Source: Octopus bimaculoides (Eukaryota). From it: a DNA stretch of 38,223 nucleotides. Shown in pieces: positions 23,384 through 33,765 of this stretch (the first letter of the stretch is position 1; every line of letters starts with the position of its first letter). The stretch is from positions 8,879,957-8,918,179 of the forward strand of contig NC_068981.1 in assembly GCF_001194135.2 (NCBI RefSeq), in the 5' to 3' direction. The position numbers and the translations under genes are program-made. Under the pieces are notes generated by a model. It worked only from the letters and a program-made list of their open reading frames with translations. It was not told the origin of the DNA and made no database searches.

Positions 23384-23808
23384 AAATTAATAGAAGTCAC
23401 AAAAGTGATGGAGGGTGCTGACTAGCACGCCTTATGCTAAAATAAGAGTTCAATTAACTCTAAAGCCACTAAAGCACTATACTTAATGACTGACAAAGGG
23501 AGGTAAGTCCCTAGCATACATAGCCCTATCGCGATTTCGAATTTTGATGTAGACCACCTTAATTCTCATCAGCGAATCTTAACGCCTAGGGTTAAACTGA
23601 ACTTCCTTTGTCAATCTTATAAGAAAAACCGTTGAAATCATTTGCTGATTTTCAAAACGGTAAAAGTGTAAACAACAAATTAAAAGGGTGGCTTATTAGG
23701 AATTAGAACTTAAAGGCAAAATTAATAGAGGTCACAAAAATGGCGGAGGATACTGACTAACACCGCTTATGCTACAATAAGGGTTAAATTAATTCTAAAG
23801 CCACTAAA
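23384..23808. repeat. Two 90-bp direct repeats (23384-23473, 23719-23808), period 335 bp, enclosing a hammerhead motif
   Basis: Manual alignment gives 13 mismatches in 90 bp with no gaps (about 86% identity). Confidence 0.9.
23522..23578 (-). ncRNA. Type I hammerhead ribozyme motif with a fully canonical core
   Basis: Minus strand CTGATGA-GAATT-AA-GGTG-GTCTA-CATC-AA-AATTC-GAA-ATCGCGAT-A-GGGCT. All core bases present, G10.1-C11.1 pair, palindromic stem III, AUA triplet. Stem I pairs poorly. Confidence 0.7.
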
Positions 23809-24547
23809 TTTAATTTGCTTTATACATACATATATTTATNNNNNNNNNNNNNNNNNNNNNNNNNNNNNNNNNNNNNNNNNNNNNNNNNNNNNNNNNNNNN
23901 NNNNNNNNNNNNNNNNNNNNNNNNNNNNNNNNNNNNNNNNNNNNNNNNNNNNNNNNNNNNNNNNNNNNNNNNNNNNNNNNNNNNNNNNNNNNNNNNNNNN
24001 NNNNNNNNNNNNNNNNNNNNNNNNNNNNNNNNNNNNNNNNNNNNNNNNNNNNNNNNNNNNNNNNNNNNNNNNNNNNNNNNNNNNNNNNNNNNNNNNNNNN
24101 NNNNNNNNNNNNNNNNNNNNNNNNNNNNNNNNNNNNNNNNNNNNNNNNNNNNNNNNNNNNNNNNNNNNNNNNNNNNNNNNNNNNNNNNNNNNNNNNNNNN
24201 NNNNNNNNNNNNNNNNNNNNNNNNNNNNNNNNNNNNNNNNNNNNNNNNNNNNNNNNNNNNNNNNNNNNNNNNNNNNNNNNNNNNNNNNNNNNNNNNNNNN
24301 NNNNNNNNNNNNNNNNNNNNNNNNNNNNNNNNNNNNNNNNNNNNNNNNNNNNNNNNNNNNNNNNNNNNNNNNNNNNNNNNNNNNNNNNNNNNNNNNNNNN
24401 NNNNNNNNNNNNNNNNNNNNNNNNNNNNNNNNNNNNNNNNNNNNNNNNNNNNNNNNNNNNNNNNNNNNNNNNNNNNNNNNNNNNNNNNNNNNNNNNNNNN
24501 NNNNNNNNNNNNNNNNNNNNNNNNNNNNNNNNNNNNNNNNNNNNNNN

Positions 24548-24590
24548 ACAGCTGTTTCCGGAACATTTTATATATCCCTTCATCAGAGAC
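24548..24590 (-). ncRNA. Type I hammerhead ribozyme motif, 3' end cut by a gap
   Basis: Minus strand GTCT-CTGATGAA-GGGATAT-ATAAA-ATGTTCC-G-GAA-ACAGCTGT-[gap]: canonical CUGAUGA, 7-bp stem II with two G-U pairs, palindromic stem III. The cleavage base and stem I 3' arm fall in the Ns. Confidence 0.62.
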
Positions 24591-24615
24591 GGTGTAAGAC
24601 ACCCTTAAAAAAGCG

Positions 24616-25578
24616 ATGGACGCTCTATTCTGTGGTACACACCCCTCCTTCTCACTTAACGTTAAGAACTTAGCTAAATCTTTCTTTAAAATACTGGACT
24701 CCAGCTTCCCTCGACAACATAAATATCATTCTATCTTTAATGGATCCACCCTCAAACTATCCTATTCTTCCTCACACGACTTCGAATCTATCATAGCAGC
24801 CTCTAATAAACAAAAGCTTTCTCTCTACTATCAAAACTCACATAATTACAACTCTAGTTACACGAATGCTCAACACGCACACAGCTCCAGCACAGAAACC
24901 CTTACATTAGACCACAACCACAACCCAGCCCATCCTACTGACACCACCCAAAACATTACCACAATCTCTACCACTCTTACAAATAGTGCAATTAATAACA
25001 ACAATAGTAATAATAACATTAATAATGCTAATAGTTCAGACCTTTCTACCTCCTTCTCTAACCTCTCCTCCGACAATATTACCTCCTCCATTCCTGAAAA
25101 CAATCCCCAAAATTTACCCACTTGTAACTGTCGTCCTGGAGCCATCTGCCCTTTGCAAACCCATTGCAGAAGATATAATGTAATTTACAAATGCTCTGTC
25201 CTTAACACACTACATAATTCTACAGCCATAAATTTTAAGCAACGATATGCCACTCACCTCCATTCTTTTAGATACGATAAACATAGTAAATCTACAACAC
25301 TCGCCAGTCACATACATCATCTCAAAAATACAAATATACCCTATACTTTGTCATGGTCCGTATTGGATTCAGGGTTTCCCTACCAAGGTCAACGCTCAAC
25401 CTGCAAGCTTTGCCTGAAGGGAGCACTTCACATATTAAAGCACAACTCTCCATCATTGCTAAATAAACATAATGGGGTCCTAAGCACATTCAACCACCGC
25501 TTTTTTCATACATTCAAATTCTACTCCAAATCCAAATGCCTAAATAACTACACAGTATATTTCCACAATTCCCCTTAG
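24616..25578 (+). mobile_element. 3' part of a Penelope-like element (Naiad/Chlamys-type): RT-thumb remnant, zinc finger and GIY-YIG domain lacking the YIG motif
   Basis: PSFSLNV..FFKILDSSFP..HKYHSIFN..TLKLSYS; CNCR..CPL..C..VIYKC; FKQRY..HLHSF..STTLASHIHHLK..W.VL..PY..CKLCL..LLNK. This is the order and spacing of Naiad-type C-termini. Confidence 0.85.
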
Positions 25579-25674
25579 ATAATCTCTAATAACCTTATAA
25601 ATCTACATTTTAATTCCTAATCCTTATCTAATTCCTCTTTCATACTTGAAGATCACAATCATTTAATTATATAA

Positions 25675-25707
<33 letters not shown>

Positions 25708-25800
25708 CGTGGTATATGTACATATATGTGCAACTATGTTAATACATATGGATGCACGTATGTATGAGTTTGTGTGCATACATATAAATATGTGTATGTG

Positions 25801-25836
<36 letters not shown>

Positions 25837-26219
25837 NNNNNNNNNNNNNNNNNNNNNNNNNNNNNNNNNNNNNNNNNNNNNNNNNNNNNNNNNNNNNNNN
25901 NNNNNNNNNNNNNNNNNNNNNNNNNNNNNNNNNNNNNNNNNNNNNNNNNNNNNNNNNNNNNNNNNNNNNNNNNNNNNNNNNNNNNNNNNNNNNNNNNNNN
26001 NNNNNNNNNNNNNNNNNNNNNNNNNNNNNNNNNNNNNNNNNNNNNNNNNNNNNNNNNNNNNNNNNNNNNNNNNNNNNNNNNNNNNNNNNNNNNNNNNNNN
26101 NNNNNNNNNNNNNNNNNNNNNNNNNNNNNNNNNNNNNNNNNNNNNNNNNNNNNNNNNNNNNNNNNNNNNNNNNNNNNNNNNNNNNNNNNNNNNNNNNNNN
26201 NNNNNNNNNNNNNNNNNNN

Positions 26220-26268
<49 letters not shown>

Positions 26269-26807
26269 ATGTGTACGTATGTGTGTGTGTACGTCTACCA
26301 ATTGCGTCTTTCATCCACCGTCACTCTGCCGTATCTGCTATTCGTCATCCTTAATACAATTCATACCCGACTATAAAAGTAAACAGCTGAATAGAAAAAA
26401 AAAGAATTAACTGCGAAGTTAGATTTTACAAGATCTAATTTATGCTTTGCCTTTCGTTGCACGACTTGGCACCACTGAAATGCCAGAAATGGTTACCATT
26501 TCATAGAAAGACTCTGACCTGCCACAAATCAATATTTTATTTGTCGTCTCCTTCACGTCACGAAGCTGTGTCATGTCCCTGCTATTAGGGTCCTCTCCAG
26601 AACATTTTATCACTCTTAGACAGTATAGTAATCTTGTTTAATTTCAAGAGTTCAATTCAAGAAGAAAGCAAGCTCGTGATAGCTTAACCAATCAAACATT
26701 TTTGAATCTGTCGCAGCATTACGACATTGCATAAGACAATAGCTTTAGGAACAACAATTATCGATGAGGAATCAAGCAAACGATCCAGTGTTAACAAGAT
26801 CATTAGT

Positions 26808-26927
26808 GAAGAAGAAGAAGAAGAAGAAGAAGAAGAAGAAGAAGAAGAAGAAGAAGAAGAAGAAGAAGAAGAAGAAGAAGAAGAAGAAGAAGAAGAAGAA
26901 GAAGAAGAAGAAGAAGAAGAAGAAGAA
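26808..26927. repeat. (GAA)40 pure trinucleotide microsatellite
   Basis: Directly visible, 120 bp. Confidence 0.98.
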
Positions 26928-29009
26928 TTTTTCTATGGATCGAAACCCTAACCTCAGATTTACTCAGTGGAAAACTATAAGAAATTGTGACGTTCATTAC
27001 CTTTTTCCAAAAGCATAAATTTCACATTTATAATGAAACAGCTAAGTTCACCTTGGTGGCAATTGTACACAGAAACACGAGTAAGCAAACTGGTCATTGT
27101 AAAGTCTCTGATCGGTGGATATTATGACATGTGATATCCGATATTTTGTCAAAAAACTCATAAATTATTTGTTGTGACGTAATATATGTCGGAATGAACT
27201 TTAAGAGTGATCGGTTTACATGATCCCTAGGTTATTCATTCGTTTAGAGCTTGTTGTGTGTTTATTAATATTATTATTACTATTATTATTATCGTTGGTG
27301 AAAGAGAATGAGTGACTTCTGCTTTTGTTCAATGGAGAATTACTGTAATTGCTAAAATAGTGTAAACCCATGTTTTTTCTTGTCTTTTCAATTGCTTCGT
27401 TGATTTAGGAAAAATACAGACCAACAACGCAATAAGATAAATATAATTTCCCTTTCTGCTTTTAGTCAACCGGATTGTTTTGTTAAATCAAGTGCGTATT
27501 TAGTGACATTTGTACACTTAACGAGTTACTACTACAAAATATACTGAGGACACCTTTCAACAGATATATCAACAACAGCAACAACAATAACAGCAACAAT
27601 AACCCATTTTTCTAGTAAATGTGACATTTTAAACCAATTAGGATGTAATATTGTTGACTGCTCTGTGTATTGAAAAGCTTCTTGATGTCAGAGAGTACTC
27701 GACTATCTTGTTGCGATCTATGTCAAGTGGTGTTGGGCTGAGGATGTAACTCATAAGTAAATGAACCAGTCAGAACTCTTGGGTTTATTTGATATTTCAG
27801 TTCAGATTTTGCAGATTACCACTGAAAGATGAGACACGTTAAACCATTTCCACCCAGTAGGATGTGGCCTTGCGGCAGCATGACCGCCATATTTAAATTT
27901 ATCATTTTTTTTTTTTTCATTCATTCTTTAAAACTTTTCGATGCTTCAGTGAAAGGTAAGCCAAGGTAGACCTAACCACTATCCTTCATTACTCTCCACT
28001 TACTGTCCTGAAATACTTTCTTCGATACTCCTTCCCTGGAATGTCAACCACCCACCCTCACTCTTTTAATGACCATCTCATCTTTTGTTTTACTTTCAAC
28101 CTCAAACCTGTAAAATTATTCAAATTGAATTTTAAAANNNNNNNNNNNNNNNNNNNNNNNNNNNNNNNNNNNNNNNNNNNNNNNNNNNNNNNNNNNNNNN
28201 NNNNNNNNNNNNNNNNNNNNNNNNNNNNNNNNNNNNNNNNNNNNNNNNNNNNNNNNNNNNNNNNNNNNNNNNNNNNNNNNNNNNNNNNNNNNNNNNNNNN
28301 NNNNNNNNNNNNNNNNNNNNNNNNNNNNNNNNNNNNNNNNNNNNNNNNNNNNNNNNNNNNNNNNNNNNNNNNNNNNNNNNNNNNNNNNNNNNNNNNNNNN
28401 NNNNNNNNNNNNNNNNNNNNNNNNNNNNNNNNNNNNNNNNNNNNNNNNNNNNNNNNNNNNNNNNNNNNNNNNNNNNNNNNNNNNNNNNNNNNNNNNNNNN
28501 NNNNNNNNNNNNNNNNNNNNNNNNNNNNNNNNNNNNNNNNNNNNNNNNNNNNNNNNNNNNNNNNNNNNNNNNNNNNNNNNNNNNNNNNNNNNNNNNNNNN
28601 NNNNNNNNNNNNNNNNNNNNNNNNNNNNNNNNNNNNNNNNNNNNNNNNNNNNNNNNNNNNNNNNNNNNNNNNNNNNNNNNNNNNNNNNNNNNNNNNNNNN
28701 NNNNNNNNNNNNNNNNNNNNNNNNNNNNNNNNNNNNNNNNNNNNNNNNNNNNNNNNNNNNNNNNNNNNNNNNNNNNNNNNNNNNNNNNNNNNNNNNNNNN
28801 NNNNNNNNNNNNNNNNNNNNNNNNNNNNNNNNNNNNNNNNNNNNNNNNNNNNNNNNNNNNNNNNNNNNNNNNNNNNNNNNNNNNNNNNNNNNNNNNNNNN
28901 NNNNNNNNNNNNNNNNNNNNNNNNNNNNNNNNNNNNNNNNNNNNNNNNNNNNNNNNNNNNNNNNNNNNNNNNNNNNNNNNNNNNNNNNNNNNNNNNNNNN
29001 NNNNNNNNN

Positions 29010-29549
29010 ATGGATACGAGGTAACGGGGGCTTGGTACCAACATACACCGGAAAAGGTAATGGACAGAAAAAGGGGAAGGGAAAAATCCTCTGGGACTTT
29101 GACCTCCAGACTTTGACAAGGTGTTAGAGCACCGAAGGCCGGATATAGTAACCTTTAGGAGGGACAAACAAGTGTGTCTAATAATTGACGTGACAATTCC
29201 AGGAGATCAACATATTATGAAAGAAAGACAAAAAGTTGATAAATATGAAGACTTGAGAACTGAGATCGCTAAGATGTGGCAGCTACGAGAGTCAAACATA
29301 AAGGTTGTCCCTATTGTCATCGGAGCATTGGGTTCAATACCACCGAATCTGAAAAAACATCTGAAAACCTTAGAAATACCCTACAATCTAGGTGTATTGC
29401 AAAATTCGGCATTACTTGGAACTGCACACATATTGCGTAAAGTACCGTCTGTTTGAGGTCCTTGTTGTGACTTGACAAACATTACAAACCCCTGGTAGAC
29501 ACAATATCTTCAATCGACATCACGATATTGAATACTGTCCGACGTCTTA

Positions 29550-29550
<1 letters not shown>
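29010..29550 (+). mobile_element. 3' end of an R4/Dong-clade RLE LINE (family B) with short 3' UTR
   Basis: WYQHTPEKV..KILWDF..DKVLEHRRPDIV..IIDVTIPGD..KVDKYEDL..W..VVPIVIGALG..LQNSALLGTAHILRKV*, the classic R4 endonuclease C-terminus. It runs directly into (TAA)n. Confidence 0.9.

Positions 29551-29618
<68 letters not shown>
29551..29618. repeat. (TAA)n tract between the LINE 3' end and an oppositely oriented SINE
   Basis: Directly visible, about 22 units. Confidence 0.95.
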
Positions 29619-29620
29619 CG

Positions 29621-29802
29621 TTTCTATTCTAGGCACAGGGCCCGAAATTTTGGGGAGGGGACAGTCGATTAGGTCGACCCCAGTACGCAACTGGTACTTA
29701 ATTTATCGACCCCGAAAGGATGAAAGGCTAAGTCGACCTCAGCGGAACTAGAACTCAGAACGTAAAGACAGACGAAATGCCGCTAAGCATTTCGCCCGGC
29801 AT
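29621..29802 (-). mobile_element. Family-1 SINE (tail type c), 5'-truncated
   Basis: Near-identical in layout to 21760-21955, including CAGTACGCAACTGGTACTTAATTT and GAAAGGATGAAAGG. Confidence 0.85.
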
Positions 29803-30105
29803 CGAAGCCATTAACACAACTGCCACTTCCAGTTGTCCAATACAGTTTTAACATCATTAACTGGAATCTTACAGAACTCCAACGCCTGGGCAGGAAGAAA
29901 ACTACTAACATCTAAGAAGATGCACCACCCGAAAGCAAACGGCGATCGTCTGTACCTACCTAGAAGTAACGGGCGGGGAAGAGGAATGTTGCAGGTAGAA
30001 CTGTATTATAACACCTCCACAATAGCAATGAACAGGTACTTATCTAGAACAGGTGATTGGATGCTGCGGTTTGTATGCAAACATGACAGCAGCAAAAAAT
30101 CACAT
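29803..30105 (+). mobile_element. R4-like LINE fragment, RT thumb region
   Basis: EAINT..PVVQYSFNIINWNLTELQRL..RKLLTSKKMHHPKANGDRLYLPRSNGRGRGMLQVE matches the R4 pattern AIN..PV..YSF..W..EL..RK.LT..HHP...DRLY..R..GGRGL. Confidence 0.82.
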
Positions 30106-30111
30106 CCACTT

Positions 30112-30560
30112 ATTGGAAACGGTATGATACGGGTGTGCATGCATTATCGACCAAGTCAAATCATATTTTATCTTATCGTCTTTTAGATTCCTTACAAATC
30201 TGCTAATGATGCTGAGTGTCTTTTGTTAACCCTGTTGAAGCTGGCGATGTGGTTTCGATTACAATTTTTGAAAAAAATCAGCTGATGCTCCTATATATTA
30301 CAGACGAGCCTCCTCTGGCGTTCATTTGTACACTTAGTTTCGACATAGGTTCTGCAAAGGACATTTTGCTTTATCACTGCATGTGCATTTGTTGTTTTTT
30401 GAATCTTTATGTCACCTGCCCGCTGGTTTCTTCCCCAATCCCGTTTTGGTTGTGTCCCTATCTCTCTTATTGTGAGGCTTCAACTGGTTATTTTTTTATT
30501 GATTGCGAGTATTAATCGTGTCGTTAGGGTCGTAACTATTGCAGCTCCTTTCCTTGGTTC
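30112..30560 (-). mobile_element. Second Naiad-type Penelope-like GIY-YIG fragment (decayed; retains YIG)
   Basis: Manual minus-strand translation: KCTCSDKAKCPLQNLCR..VYK..YIGASA..RNHIASFNRVNKRHSASLA..VRNLKDDKIKYDLTWSIMHAHPY, colinear with the 24616 ORF. Confidence 0.8.
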
Positions 30561-30630
30561 ATTTTTCTACTATTGATTCTATGTATGTGGTGGTCCAAGT
30601 TACTGGAGTTTGCGATCCTGGAGTTTTTTG

Positions 30631-30677
<47 letters not shown>

Positions 30678-31600
30678 NNNNNNNNNNNNNNNNNNNNNNN
30701 NNNNNNNNNNNNNNNNNNNNNNNNNNNNNNNNNNNNNNNNNNNNNNNNNNNNNNNNNNNNNNNNNNNNNNNNNNNNNNNNNNNNNNNNNNNNNNNNNNNN
30801 NNNNNNNNNNNNNNNNNNNNNNNNNNNNNNNNNNNNNNNNNNNNNNNNNNNNNNNNNNNNNNNNNNNNNNNNNNNNNNNNNNNNNNNNNNNNNNNNNNNN
30901 NNNNNNNNNNNNNNNNNNNNNNNNNNNNNNNNNNNNNNNNNNNNNNNNNNNNNNNNNNNNNNNNNNNNNNNNNNNNNNNNNNNNNNNNNNNNNNNNNNNN
31001 NNNNNNNNNNNNNNNNNNNNNNNNNNNNNNNNNNNNNNNNNNNNNNNNNNNNNNNNNNNNNNNNNNNNNNNNNNNNNNNNNNNNNNNNNNNNNNNNNNNN
31101 NNNNNNNNNNNNNNNNNNNNNNNNNNNNNNNNNNNNNNNNNNNNNNNNNNNNNNNNNNNNNNNNNNNNNNNNNNNNNNNNNNNNNNNNNNNNNNNNNNNN
31201 NNNNNNNNNNNNNNNNNNNNNNNNNNNNNNNNNNNNNNNNNNNNNNNNNNNNNNNNNNNNNNNNNNNNNNNNNNNNNNNNNNNNNNNNNNNNNNNNNNNN
31301 NNNNNNNNNNNNNNNNNNNNNNNNNNNNNNNNNNNNNNNNNNNNNNNNNNNNNNNNNNNNNNNNNNNNNNNNNNNNNNNNNNNNNNNNNNNNNNNNNNNN
31401 NNNNNNNNNNNNNNNNNNNNNNNNNNNNNNNNNNNNNNNNNNNNNNNNNNNNNNNNNNNNNNNNNNNNNNNNNNNNNNNNNNNNNNNNNNNNNNNNNNNN
31501 NNNNNNNNNNNNNNNNNNNNNNNNNNNNNNNNNNNNNNNNNNNNNNNNNNNNNNNNNNNNNNNNNNNNNNNNNNNNNNNNNNNNNNNNNNNNNNNNNNNN

Positions 31601-32825
31601 AGGGACATCCCATAAATAATGCGGTGTTTTCTTATACTTCTTTTATTTTTCAAAATTGAGATAAACAAAATTCTTCTTTAATCTCAAATATACTCTCTTT
31701 AATTTTCTACAATGCTCTGCCATCTATCTGGTAGACTTTCAAGGCCCCTCTTCCAAAATTCACTTCTCCGTGACGAAAAATACTCCTCCAGCACTGTTCT
31801 GACCTCGTCTACAGAATTCGTATGTTTTCCGTCTAAATGATTTTGAAGATTGTTGAATAAATGATAACCAGATGGGGCAATGTCTGGCGAATATGGTGTG
31901 GGGCATCATTTTCCATTTCAAACTGCTCCACCCTTGGGAATGTCATCCTCGCTGTATGTGACCGAGCATTATCCTGATGAAAGATCACCTTTCGTCTTGA
32001 AACCAAAGATGGTCATTTTTCTTCTAGCACTGACTTAAGTCGCTCAAGCTACTCGCAGTAGATCTCTTTTGTAATCGTCTGGTTTGAGTTTAAAAATTCA
32101 AAGTGGACTAAATCTTTCATATCCCACCAAACAAATAACAAATATGAAAACCTTTTTTTAGCCTGAGGTGCCGGCGTTTCTCCTTTCTCCTTTTTCGTCA
32201 CCAGTCACTATTCGATCCAAAAAAGGTTCATTTGACAGCAAAAAAGAACACACGTTCACTCTCTGCGCGCGATTAGACACGGAAAGTTTATGAGGAACCC
32301 ATTGACCCAATTGGCTCACTTCTCCGATGACACGGAGGTGTTGGTGAATGGTTGAATGACCAAATTCAAGCTTCTCTACTAGTTCCTCAACAGTTACGGC
32401 GAGATTTTGTTCCATCAGAGTTTGCAGGAAGTCCTCATCGATCTCTACAAATCTTCCAGGATGAGGTTCGTCTTCTAGGCTGTAGTTTCCGGTTCAGAAT
32501 TTCTGGAACCACCGTTGACAAAGGCTTACGCTTATTGTCCGATCCCCATATACTGCATTAATATTCCTCGCACTTTCCGTTGCGTTGTTGACTTTATTGA
32601 ACTCATTGAGCAAAATATGCCGAATATGCCCCTTTGTCACATTCATTATAACTTTGAAAAAATAACTGTTAAAATCGAACTGCACTTTTCAAAACTTGCA
32701 CTAAGAATAAGGTCAAGATAAAATGCTTGATCTGCCTTTATAGCAAGTTAACGCAAGTCGTTTATCACGTCCGCCTCCGACTTTTAGTTCGTGCAATTGA
32801 AAGAACCGCATTATGGGATAACCCA

Positions 32826-32826
<1 letters not shown>
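31601..32826 (-). mobile_element. Near full-length, inactivated mariner (DD34D) transposon
   Basis: N-terminal HIRHILL.EF..RWFQKF, WVPHKL, IVTGDEK, FHQDNAR, YSPDIAPS(G) with the third Asp mutated and 34-residue spacing after frameshift correction. Imperfect TIRs: AGGGACATCCCATAAATAATGCGG at 31601, and reverse complement TTGGGTTATCCCATAATGCGG ending 32826, followed by TA. Confidence 0.9.
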
Positions 32827-32875
<49 letters not shown>

Positions 32876-33699
32876 TATGTTTTAGCAGTATCTGCGACTC
32901 ATCAGACCTGTTGGCTGGAGGTACATACCCTCTTTAGTAATAGAGAAATAAGAAAATAATCTTGGTCAGCCAGGTTCGTGAAAAAAGTCCCTTGCTCAAA
33001 GATTTTTTACAATATGCTTTCTTTCTTACTTATGAACAACTAACCGATTATATGTGGCGGGGTGTACGTACATACATACATACATACATACATACATACA
33101 TACATACATACATACATACATGCATACATACATACATATATGCATGATGGAAGTCAACTCGTAACGACCGAGCAAACCATTTCCTAAAGTCAGTAAGTCC
33201 GAGCAAACGTTCCGAGAGTCCAAGAAGTTTCCGTGTGACAATTTGCTTTGAGTGAGTAAAATGTTGCACAGCAATGAACCTGTTTTTCAACGCAATCAAT
33301 TCTAATAACCGGTGTTGCAGTAGAGGTTGACACGACCAGAAACCAATTGCAATTCTGGTTTTTAAACGAGTTTACTTCCTCCTAGAAGGAAGTTCGAATG
33401 AGAACTAAGGGTCCTTCATTCCCAGAGACTCGCATGCTAATTAATCCATAACAGGGACTCTAACATGTGCCACTACTCTAGGTCAGAGTAAACCTGGGAA
33501 CAATGGTAGCTAAGAGGTGCTCCCACACTCTTCAAAACTTTACGTGAGCCCTACTGCCAGATGCAGTTTAGAGTCATTCTCAGGATATACATACATATGT
33601 CTGTGTTATCTAGACACAATTTTGACATATAACTATGCACACACACATTTATACAAACAGACAGACGGGCGGACGGACAGACAGACAAACAGACAGACA

Positions 33700-33764
33700 C
33701 ATACATACATACATACATACATACATACATACATACATACATACATACATACATACATACATAC
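33700..33764. repeat. (CATA)n tract at the 5' junction of the family-A LINE
   Basis: Directly visible. Similar (CATA)n/(TATG)n tracts occur at about 2210-2260, 19410-19440 and 33070-33140. Confidence 0.95.
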
Positions 33765-33765
33765 A

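Noticed and set aside
24616-25578. Selenoprotein recoding, as reported for some Naiad elements
   Set aside because: The visible frame has no in-frame TGA and the Cys positions are ordinary codons.
26727-27018. Poly-E, poly-K and poly-L ORFs (also poly-D/N at 8019-8327 and poly-Q at 8381-8596)
   Set aside because: Frames of trinucleotide microsatellites, with no splice signals or flanking homology.
27400-27960. Candidate splice sites for SLC5A exon 3 (AG at about 27465 and 27800, GTAAG at 27956)
   Set aside because: None gives a frame resembling YxxxVxYAPxLAL.
32876-32910. Further hammerhead-like hits: 32876-32910 (-), 1733-1775 (-), 20930-21030 (-), 36165-36200 (-), 10139-10165 (+)
   Set aside because: Each has only part of the motif (either CUGAUGA or hairpin plus GAAAC) and lacks the other core half or stem I.
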